DNA from: Macrostomum lignano
Lineage: Eukaryota
Length of the DNA stretch: 50,843 bases
Reading direction: 5' to 3'
NCBI GenBank assembly: GCA_002269645.1
Contig: NIVC01004313.1
Coordinates: forward strand, 1-50,843
Shown: one piece after another, positions 21,624-36,490 of the stretch
Layout of the letters: every line of letters starts with the position of its first letter
Numbering within the stretch: the first letter of the stretch is position 1
Made by a program: the position numbers and the translations under genes
Notes under the pieces: model-generated
What the model was told of the DNA's origin: nothing
Seen by the model: only the letters and a program-made list of their open reading frames with translations
Databases searched by the model: none

Positions 21624-23084
21624 TATAGGGTCTATGATGAAATGCGACTTAGCACTTAGGCATGTTTAAATTGTTCAAATGTTCAAATTTGTTAAAATTT
21701 CAAAAATAATTAAATATGCAAAATTAGAGGATTGCTAGAAATTCTTTCTTAAATTCTAGGAAAACCCTAGAGCCCAACATTTTTATGGCAATTGTGAGAT
21801 AATTATAGGCCTATCCCAAGAACTTTCTATAATATAATTATAGGCCTATTATGAAATGTCACTTAAATTTTTCATTTTTTGTTTCAAATCTAATAAGGCT
21901 AGGCCCTATTATTTAAAAACTAAGTAGAGTAGAAAGGCCATTAACTAAAATGAAATATAGTCTAAATTCTAAATAAATAAAAAGTGAAAAGGATGAAAAA
22001 GAATCAAGTAAATGAAACAAGTAAAGAAGAAAAGCGAAAAAAAGAAACTTAAACTTTACAGATGACCAAATTTTGTCTTAATTTTGATTTCAAAGTTTCA
22101 AAATTCAACATTTTAACTAGGCCATAATGGCTAAAGCTAAAGGCAAAGCTAGAATTGCTAGACTTCTAGAAATTAAATAATGCTAGGCATGCCTTTTTAA
22201 GTAAGTTGAAAAATAAGTTAGAAATCTGAGCTTGAATTTGGCTGATTTTTATATGGTGAATTTATATTATTTAATACTAACAGATAGACCAATAGATAGA
22301 CAATAGAAGTAGCAAAGCAAGCCAAAGGCGATGCTTTTGGCACTGGAACCGTTTCAAACGGCTATGCTATGCTAAATATGTCGGTGCCAGAACACAAGCT
22401 GATGATGCGGACGGGTTTGGTTTTTTGTTTGGCTGTCATAGCAGTATTGTGGATGTAGGATGTGAACTAGACAGTGGTGGTTTCGTTGCTGCTGCTGCCT
22501 CAAAAAATTAGACGCTGCGGAGAAATTTGAATTTTCTGACGCTTTTTCTTCGAAGCACTTGGCCGTGATTTTAAACAAATGCACTCTGTCTCCTTCTTCA
22601 CATAGTCAGGCAGGCTTCTGATAAACAGGTTGGGACAACTATTGTAGCAACATTAAAGGCTGACTGAGCCTGAAAAACTGGAAACAGCATTTATTGAGAC
22701 GCTCAAGGTCGACGAGCATGAAACTCGGAATTGATTTGAGTGCTTTATTTTATATGCATAATCAAGGACCACTGTATATGGCTATATACAATGGTTCTTG
22801 TGCATAATTCTCGCGACATGTCATCCTACTTTGTGGCAATCTGACTGCAGCTAAATCGCTTTCAATAGCAGAAATTTATTGCTCTAGTAGAGCAGAGCAA
22901 CATTTATTTATTTAAAAAATCAGATTTTCGCGTTTATGTAAACATAATCGAAATCTATTATTGAATACCAAACCATTTTCTGGCTTTAGTGCGGAGATAA
23001 AAAGCCAAATATTATCAAATCAATTTGAAAAATCTACTGTCTGAGTTTCTGTTTGCAAACTAAGGCAAAACAGTATCGCTTGCT

Positions 23085-24125
<1,041 letters not shown>

Positions 24126-24298
24126 GTATCTGTCCGTCTGTCTACTTATTCAAAAGATTTCCAGGAACTCGAAGCCCGAGTGTACTAAATGAGACTGCGT
24201 GGCGACCCCTTTATATTTGGGAGAGGACTGTCTCAGAAAGGCAGGTTGCACAGTCAGCAGTGGTTACACATGGGAGCAGACAGGGAGCAGCAGAAGTG

Positions 24299-27868
<3,570 letters not shown>

Positions 27869-28294
27869 TGTGTCGCCAGCTCAGCGCTCAGCGTGAGGGG
27901 CTCAGCTTCCAGAGCTTATCAGCCAGCCGCCTTGGACTCTGGGCCAATCAGAGAGCGGCTGATGAGTAAATATTGATGAAGAATGCCGGGTGCCAGTCTC
28001 CCTCATTGCGGGGGCAGCCTGCCGGCTCAAGTCCCACGCAGCCTCTTATCGGGAATCGTGCTGCAGAGAATTGCTCTCAAATTATTAAGCTGACTCTGCA
28101 CTTCTCATTCTGCAGTGGATGAAGAAGGCGCTGGGACAAGAAGCTTCTTGCGCCTTGAGAATTTTACTATTGATTTGTTAGCCCTCTGGGGCTGGATTGG
28201 CCATCGAAAAATGGCTCTTCAGAAATAGGCAATTATCAACTCTGCTCTGCTAAATTTCTTACAAAGCATAAAAGCTATAGCAACGCTTTTTATC

Positions 28295-29411
28295 GCCAAT
28301 AACCATATCTGCATAGCCAATAACCATATCTGCATAGCCAATAACCATATCTGCATAGCCAATAACCATATCTGCATAGCCAATAACCATATCTGCATAG
28401 CCAATAACCATATCTGCATAGCCAATAACCATATCTGCATAGCCAATAACCATATCTGCATAGCCAATAACCATATCTGCATAGCCAATAACCATATCTG
28501 CATAGCCATAAACATATCTGCATAGCCAATAAACATATCTGCATAGCCAATAACCATATCTGCATAGCCAATAACCATATCTGCATAGCCAATAACCATA
28601 TCTGCATAGCCATAAACATATCTGCATAGCCAATAAACATATCTGCATAGCCATAACCATATCTGCATAGCCAATAACCATATCTGCATAGCCAATAACC
28701 ATATCTGCATAGCCAATAACCATATCTGCATAGCCATAAACATATCTGCATAGCCAATAAACATATCTGCATAGCCATAACCATATCTGCATAGCCAATA
28801 ACCATATCTGCATAGCCAATAACCATATCTGCATAGCCAATAACCATATCTGCATAGCCAATAACCATATCTGCATAGCCAATAACCATATCTGCATAGC
28901 CAATAACCATATCTGCATAGCCATAAACATATCTGCATAGCCAATAAACATATCTGCATAGCCATAACCATATCTGCATAGCCAATAACCATATCTGCAT
29001 AGCCAATAACCATATCTGCATAGCCATAAACATATCTGCATAGCCAATAAACATATCTGCATAGCCATAACCATATCTGCATAGCCAATAACCATATCTG
29101 CATAGCCAATAACCATATCTGCATAGCCAATAACCATATCTGCATAGCCATAAACATATCTGCATAGCCAATAACCATATCTGCATAGCCATAAACATAT
29201 CTGCATAGCCAATAAACATATCTGCATAGCCAATAAACATATCTGCATAGCCATAACCATATCTGCATAGCCAATAACCATATCTGCATAGCCATAAACA
29301 TATCTGCATAGCCAATAACCATATCTGCATAGCCAATAACCATATCTGCATAGCCAATAACCATATCTGCATAGCCAATAACCATATCTGCATAGCCAAT
29401 AATATCTGCAT
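28295..29411. repeat. 20-21-bp minisatellite AGCCAATAACCATATCTGCAT (~53 copies)
   Basis: Direct reading; source of the GYADMVI / LLAMQIW ORFs. Confidence 0.96.
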
Positions 29412-29968
29412 GGGTAATGTCGGTAATTTAAATCAAAAAATTCTTAGAAACAGAAAAGTTGGTGCCATAAAAATGACTTGTCAGTGCCAAAATTTGCACT
29501 TTCGGCGGCGCGCATGTCAATGAAAATTGACAGTTTGGGTGCTAATCAAACAACATCGAACTCTCAGCTGATCCTGCTATGCAAATCAGTCCATTACCAA
29601 GTTCAAGTACTAGCTCTCCAGCTGTCTGCAGATTGAGGTTTCCCAAATCCTCCCCAGCCACGGCCCGTCTCCAATGGCAACGCAGCCAGGCCCACTCCAA
29701 GCCTACCGCGCAGACCCGAGACAATGCGTGCCGGAATTGCTGTCGGCGCTTTTGCTGCAGCCTTTCCCGGCGCTTCTAGAAGAAGCTAGAAAATGAACTC
29801 CGTCACGCACTTGAGACGCGGGCAGAGAAGAACTTAACTTTGCAGTTTTGAGTCGGGCAACTGGGAGTCTTGGCTAGCGGAGCTTCTGAGTGAGCGCTGC
29901 CTGCATCTTCATTGGGAGTCAGTGGAGCTGGAGTGTTTGAGCATAAACTGCCCAAGATTTTGTAGGTG

Positions 29969-30275
29969 CAGGACAGGAACAGGACAGGAACAGGACAGGA
30001 ACAGGACAGGAACAGGACAGGAACAGGACAGGAACAGGACAGGAACAGGACAGGAACAGGACAGGAACAGGACAGGAACAGGACAGGAACAGGACAGGAA
30101 CAGGACAGGAACAGGACAGGAACAGGACAGGAACAGGACAGGAACAGGACAGGAACAGGACAGGAACAGGACAGAAACAGGACAGGAACAGGACAGAACA
30201 GCGTGGGAACAGAAGAGAGCGGGAATAGAACAGCGCGGGAACAGGACAGGACAGGACAGGGTGGGAACAGGACTA
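29969..30275. repeat. 11-bp repeat CAGGACAGGAA, degenerating at the 3' end
   Basis: Direct reading; reverse complement of the CCTGTTCCTGT motif at ~23620-23800. Confidence 0.93.
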
Positions 30276-30656
30276 AAAGAAGAAAATACAGGAGCAGAAA
30301 GCCAAGTGCAGCAAGCAGGGTTCGGGTTGGCAGGCTGACCCGAGTGCCCTAAGCTGGCAGCCGGTGCTCTAAACCGCAGCTGCGACCCTCGCCGCCCGAT
30401 TAAGCAATCGCTCAGTTAACTGGAAAACTGAGCAGCAACTAAAACAAAAACTCCGGGCGCTATGAAGCAGATCTCACCTGTGTTTTTATGGCCCCCCTTC
30501 CGAGGCCGCACGAGGCGGGCAAAACTGCGCACCCAGCAGCCCCTTTTCACTCCCTGCAATATTTCGCTGCTTTTGTTGCCCGGCGGCAAAAATATTTATT
30601 GAAAGCAAAAGTTGGGAGAAGGCAGTTTCTTAACGTTGCTGAGAAAATCCGCAGCC

Positions 30657-32370
30657 ATGGCCAAACTGGAGCCGCCGATACTGGCCAGGGCCTCCGTGGC
30701 TCTGCTGCTGCTGCTCAGCTTCTTCTTCCTCATCGTGGGAGTCGGCACCGTCTACTGGGGCATCCTGACTGTCAGCTACCTCAACCTGCCGCTGGTCAGC
30801 CAGGAGTTCCACTACCTGGGACTTTGGAGCGGACTGGAGCAACCGGCGCTAAGCCACCTGGCTGGTGAGATTCCTGTTCGGTGGGGTGAGATTCCTGTTC
30901 GGTGGGTGAGATTCCTGTTCGGCGGGGTGAGATTCCTGTTCGGCGGAGTGAGATTTCTGTTCGGTGGAGTGAGATTCCTGTTCGGTGGAGTGAGATTCCT
31001 CTTAGGTGGAGTGAGATTCCTGTTCGGCGGGGTGAGATTCCTGCTAGATGGAGTGAGAGTCCTGTTCGTGGGGTGAGATTCCTGTTAGGCGGGGTGAGAT
31101 TGCCATTCGGTGGGATGAGATTCCTAGACAGCAATCTGAGATAAGCGAAATGAAATTGCCAGCCAATCAGTCAGTGGAACTACTTTCTATTTCAGCTCAT
31201 CAGCGGGCCGCCAGGGCGTTCGCTGTGCTCTCCATCATTGCCAGCCTCCTGTCGCTCTGCCTTTACGCAGCTTTGTGCATCGCGCAGCACCGCCGCCCAG
31301 CCTGGATGTCGCCGAATCTGGCGGCGCGCCTGCCGCTGCTCACCCTGGCTGAGATTGTCGTCACGTGTGCGTTGGATTTGTGATGCCCATTTGTGATTTG
31401 CAAGTCTCACCAACCCCCCTCCTCTCACCCACCCCACTCCTCTCACCCACCCCACTCTCACCCACCCCACTCCTCTCACCCACCCCACTCTCACCCACCC
31501 CACTCCTCTCACCCACCCACTCCTCTCACCTACCCACTCCTCTCACCTACCCACTCCTCTCGCCCACCCCACTCCCTCTCACCCACCCCACTCCTCTCAC
31601 CCACCCACTCCTCTCACCCACCCCACTCCTCTCACCCACCCCACTCCTCTTACCCACCCCACTCTCACCCACCCACGCCTCTGATCCACCCCACTCCGCC
31701 ACCTCCAGCACTGCTGCAGCTGCTGCTGTGGAGCCTGATGGCCGGCCTCTACAACCGCTGGCGCCACGCGGTTGAGGCGGCCGCCGGACCGGCCGTCCAG
31801 ACCTTCGGCCTGCTGGGCTTCTCCTTCGCCCTGGCCCTCATGGCCAACATCGGCCAGCTGGCCGCCCTGCCAGCTGTCTGGGCCGTCATCCGCCTGGGTA
31901 GCGAGGTCGGCATGGCCGCCGGGATTTCCACTGCGCCTCGACAGCCAACGACGGCGACTGGAAACGGAGGAGCGACAGCGGCAGCCTCGACGGCGGGCAG
32001 AGCGACAACGACGCGGATAGACGAACTGGCGGCAGCCGCCGCTGGCACGGGTGGCAATGTCCGGTTCCAGCGATCCCGGCCGCCGGCGCCACCTCCGCCG
32101 CCTCCACCGACCACCGTACCGACGCCGATCCGCGTCGTTGACGCCCCCTCCGCGCTGCCGGCCTCGCCCACGATCGACATCGACGCCGAATTGGAGGCTC
32201 GCCCGGCGACATCGCTAGAGGCAGCGGCCGCGGACGAGCACAGCGTGGAGAACGAGCTGATGCTGGAGCGGCTGCACCAGCTGACCAGCAGCTTCGGGTC
32301 CGAGGCCGGAGCCGCTGCCTCCGCCGCCGCCCCAGCAGCCACAGATGAAGCGGCTGCAGATGAGGTGTGA
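30657..32370 (+). CDS. Claudin/PMP22-like four-transmembrane protein, 3 exons: 30657-30864, 31196-31366, 31709-32370; 346 aa
   Basis: ATG in GCAGCCATGG. TM1, then W...GLW in loop 1, then three more hydrophobic helices. Both GT-AG introns are phase 1 and keep frame. Long Ala/Pro/acidic tail ending in DEV. Confidence 0.78.
30864..31130. repeat. 21-bp minisatellite GTGAGATTCCTGTTCGGCGGG starting exactly at the intron 1 donor (12 GTGAGA copies)
   Basis: GTGAGA at 30865, 30886, 30906, 30927, 30948, 30969, 30990, 31011, 31032, 31053, 31073 and 31094. Confidence 0.93.
31405..31695. repeat. C-rich 15/18-bp repeat CTC(CTC)TCACCCACCCCA filling intron 2 of the claudin-like gene
   Basis: Direct reading. 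Confidence 0.92.
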
Positions 32371-33384
32371 AGTTCGAATCCTAAACTAAAAATCTACATA
32401 CTCGACTTTTAAGAGCACAGCTGAATGAATCCAAATGTAAATAGCTGAGCATCCTCACCCTCCCAAGCCTGCAAGCCACTCATGAACTCTAATAATAGTG
32501 CATGACAGTGGGTGGCGGAAGCTGTGGAGATCAATAAGGAATGGGAGGCGACAATGGCACTCCTTCCTCAATAGCGTTTTGCTTCAGTGCAGCCGGCAGA
32601 AAGCAGCCAACACAACTCAACAACAGTTTTGTACTTTTATTACTTACGACCGCTATTGGATGAAATGTTCTATCCCACTACTGAGCAGAGTAATTGCCGA
32701 GCGTTTGAACAGAAAAATACGAAAGAATTTTTAAAAAAACGTGAAGGCTATAATTAAAACTAATGTCCAGCCTAAAGAAAGAATATTAACTGTTCGCTGG
32801 TGTTTCATAACTCTCTGATATTAATTAAGATTGTATTGCGGTTTTTGTTGAGCTGCAATTGCAGACCTGTAAATTACATAAAATACATGGCATTGATCAT
32901 CAGTCAGTCAATTTGGCAATCAAACCCATCGAGCTGAGAGTTGCCATTCACTGCAGCGACAGCCGCTCAAGGACCACTGTAGTATAACAGGATCCTTGAA
33001 ACTGAAAGATCGTGCAATTTTTGGAGGTCAATTTCATGGAAAAATACTGCATTTGATCTGGAGCAGTGAAGACTATCATTATTTTATTTTAGCTTATTGT
33101 GTTTTTGGCCTAATTTTTACTCAATAATTATAGTTTTATTTTTTACTCATAAGTGGTGAGCTGAACTTTTTGTTTTGCTCTTTCTTGAATCAAGCATATA
33201 GTTGTAATAAAACATTTCCATGCTGGTATTCTTGATAGCCGTTGTGAGTTGCATTTCAACGCAGGTTAGTATAATACCTATCCTAATTCCTAGACCTGTC
33301 TTAATAATCGAATGTAGACCACAGATAATAAAGCAGATGATTTCGAGACTAAGCTGACACGAAAACGACAATACATCACTTTTG

Positions 33385-33745
33385 CCACCTCACTCTCACC
33401 CACCCCACTCTCACCCACCCCAGTACTCTCACCCACCCCACTCTCACCCACTCCACTCCTCTCACCCACCCCACTCTCACCCACCCCACTCCTCTCATCC
33501 ACCCCACTCTCACCCACCCCACTCCTCTCACCCACCCCACTCTCACCCACCCCACTCCTCTCACCCACCTCACTCTCACCCACCCCACTCTCACCCACCC
33601 CACTCTCACCCACTCCACTACTCTCACCCACCCCACTCTCACCCACCCTACTCCTCTCATCCACCCCACTCCGCCAACTCCAGCACTGCTTCTGCTGCTG
33701 CTGTGGAGCCTGATGGCCGGCCTCTACAACCGTATCGTGCACTGA
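33385..33745 (+). other. Local duplicate of claudin-like intron 2 repeat, acceptor and first ~50 nt of exon 3
   Basis: CCACTCCGCCA(A/C)CTCCAG|CACTGCT..CTGCTGCTGTGGAGCCTGATGGCCGGCCTCTACAACCG is near-identical to 31691-31757. In the same phase it reads [19 protein letters not shown] (33684-33745). Confidence 0.85.
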
Positions 33746-33847
33746 AGGAGGCATTTTTAGATTCGATTAACAACGAAACGCAAACAAAGAGAGACAATTT
33801 GGTTTTTCCCCAACCTCGGAACAAGGACAACTTAAGTACTTTGTACT

Positions 33848-33950
33848 AATACACTTTGGGGAGATTGATACACTTTGGGGAGACTGATACACTTTGGGGA
33901 GATTAATACACTTTGGGGAGACTGATACACTTTGGGGAGACTAATACACT
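33848..33950. repeat. 19-bp tandem repeat TACACTTTGGGGAGACTGA (~5 copies)
   Basis: Direct reading. Confidence 0.9.
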
Positions 33951-33975
33951 TATCTCGGAATGGTCTCGAAATTGT

Positions 33976-35692
33976 CTCGGAATGGCTGACTACGACGCGG
34001 ATTATGGTCTTATCGTCCTTGCCGAGGCCCTTCTTGCTGTCGCGTAGCCGCTAGGCAAAGTACATCGGCCTGCAGCGGATGTTCATGACGATGCTGCGCA
34101 GGGCCGGCTTGTAGTCGCCGCTGGTCTCGCGGTCGATGGAGTTCAAAATGTCGCGCTGGGAAATCTGAATAGTGAAGGGTGAGGCGGGGACTCAATGGAA
34201 ATAAGAATGGAGGGATTTCAGAAGATTAACTAATTGTGCTCCTAGATGGATAGCCGCGGTACTTGAGTCCTAACTTGTAACTTCGGCTCAGGTTGAACGT
34301 GTCATCGTCGGTGCCCCAGCGGTCCTCGCCCGCTTTAAACAGTCGATTGGCGACGTTCAGAACCTGAGATTGTCAGGTGGAATTTTCGGTCAGTTTTGGA
34401 GATTACGACAAGTGTCTCTAAGCTGGTCTTACCTTTGGCCCGTCCACCAACTTCTTGTAATTGACTTCAAAGATGCCGGTCGGCTTGTCGTTGGCGATTA
34501 GCTCCTCCACCGACTGCTCTAGCTTCTCACGGTTGATTTCGTAGCAGCCGCCCTGTTGGCGGGTCAGTGGGGGCACTAGCTCCGGTAAAGTCGAGATTTC
34601 TAGTTTCATTTCAAGACTCCAGTAGGCTCCATCAACTTACGACAGACTCCACCGACTATAGGTGACTCTACTAACTCAAGACAGTCTTTATCAATAAGAA
34701 AAAGGCTCCATTCACTCAATACAGGCTTCATTCACCCAAGACAGGCTTCATTCACCCAAGACAGGCTCCATCCACTCAAGACAGGCTTCATTCACTCAAG
34801 ACAGGCTTCATTCACCCAAGACAGGCTTCATTCACCCAAGACAGGCTTCATTCACCCAAGACAGGCTTCATTCACCCAAGACAGGCTTCATTCACCCAAG
34901 ACAGGCTTCATTCACCCAAGACAGGCTTCATTCACTCAAGACAGGCTTCATTCACCCAAGACAGGCTCCATCCACTCAAGACAGGCTTCATTCACCCAAG
35001 ACAGGCTTCATTCACTCAAGACAGGCTTCATTCACCCAAGACAGGCTCCATCCACTCAAGACAGGCTTCATTCACTCAAGACAGGCTTCATTCACCCAAG
35101 ACAGGCTTCATTCACCCAAGACAGGCTTCATTCACCCAAGACAGGCTTCATTCACCCAAGACAGGCTTCATTCACCCAAGACAGGCTTCATTCACTCAAG
35201 ACAGGCTTCATTCACTCAAGACACTCTGAAAACTTGAGAGAGACTCAACCAACTCAAAGCTGGACGAGCTGGTCTCTTACCTGCGACGCGGAGACAAAGC
35301 AGCTTCTTGAAGGACCCGCTGGTGTCGCCTCAAATGTCAGCTTCCAGTAGCATCTTAGAGGCCTTCTAGCCTTCCAGTTCCGGTTTGGACTGGCGACGTT
35401 CTCGACGTCCTCGTAGGCGTCTTTCAGGATCTGCGCGTTGGTCCGCGTCATGATCTCGATGAGCGCCTGTTCGTCGGTGCCGGCCCCGTAGATGGCCTCC
35501 TTCATTGAACAGGCGTCATAGACGGCCGGCGCCACAAAGCAGGCCATGACGGCCTCGCGGAAGTCGCCGGACAGCTCGCTGCGAATGTCCTCGATGAGGT
35601 CGCGGCCGTACATAGTCTTGAACATATCTTTGAGGCGTTGGCGCTGTGCGTTGCATCACGTGGCCACAGCGTGAACGATGGCATCCTCGTCT
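33976..35692 (-). pseudogene. ANX: Annexin pseudogene (exon remnants ~35692-35281, 34552-34433, 34363-~34250, 34164-33976)
   Basis: DEDAI...NAQRQRLKDMFKTMYGRDLIEDIRSELSGDF, GAGTDEQALIEI, GDTSGSFKKLL, AGEDRWGTDDDTFN, RETSGDY...YFA*RLRDSKKGLGKDDKTIIRVVVSHSE. Stops at 35658-56 (TGA), 35332-30 (TGA) and 34053-51 (TAG). Also frameshifts, apparent short deletions and a truncated 5' end. Confidence 0.88.
34715..35222. repeat. 20-bp minisatellite AAGACAGGCTTCATTCACCC (~25 copies) in an annexin intron
   Basis: Direct reading. Confidence 0.95.
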
Positions 35693-36490
35693 CGAAGGCG
35701 TTTGAGCCACTTCTAGATGAGCGGCAACAGGCTGCTGTATACGACGCCGTCCGGTCCATCACTGCCCGACGGCCCCGACGTGAAGAGCCGCGCAGTGTGG
35801 ACGGCCTTCCGAACTCTGATGGGGCGCAAAAAGTGTGTAGCGCTGAATCTGGCCGTCGACACAGGAATGAATTGGATCTGGAGCGCAGGAATGAATTGGA
35901 TCTGGAGCGCAGGAATGAATTGGATCTGGAGCGCAGGAATGAATTGGATCTGGAGCGCAGGAATGAATTGGATCTGGAGCGCAGGAATGAATTGGATCTG
36001 GAGCGCAGGAATGAATTGGATCTGGAGCGCAGGAATGAATTGGATCTGGAGCGCAGGAATGAATTGGATCTGGAGCGCAGGAATGAATTGGATCTGGAGC
36101 GCAGGAATGAATTGGATCTGGAGCGCAGGAATGAATTGGATCTGGAGCGCAGGAATGAATTGGATCTGGAGCGCAGGAATGAATTGGATCTGGAGCGCAG
36201 GAATGAATTGGATCTGGAGCGCAGGAATGAATTGGATCTGGAGCGCAGGAATGAATTGGATCTGGAGCGCAGGAATGAATTGGATCTGGAGCGCAGGAAT
36301 GAATTGGATCTGGAGCGCAGGAATAAATTGCGCGACTTCTTCGACCGCATCGTGAACGCGCCCGCGTCGCCGCTGCCTGCTCTCACTGGGCACGCCGCTC
36401 TCAGCTGAGGAGGACTTCTACACCAGCCCAGTCACCACAGAGGCCGTTGTGCTGTTCGCCTGGAAAATGCGGAAAAGGCGGCAAGGCATT
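35692..36490 (+). mobile_element. Non-LTR (RTE-like) retrotransposon ORF2 fragment, endonuclease-RT linker
   Basis: AVYDAVRSITARRPRREEPRSVDG...LRDFFDRIVNAPASPLP, then after a frameshift FYTSPVTTEAVVLFAWKMR..GKA. This resembles the LINE linker pattern Y..V+.ITG...DG...F..+.N.P...P.T..EV..A...MK.GKA. Confidence 0.6.
35862..36330. repeat. Perfect 24-bp repeat CAGGAATGAATTGGATCTGGAGCG x19 inside the LINE fragment
   Basis: Direct reading; in frame with the LINE ORF as RNELDLER. Confidence 0.97.

Noticed and set aside
22378-22458. 26-aa ORF resembling a signal peptide (MMRTGLVFCLAVIAVLWM)
   Set aside because: Stops immediately, with no convincing donor or downstream exon.
35638-36408. 256-aa coiled-coil host protein (RNELDLER)n
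   Set aside because: The flanks resemble a LINE ORF2 linker and its start overlaps annexin antisense; better explained as a TE fragment with an expansion.
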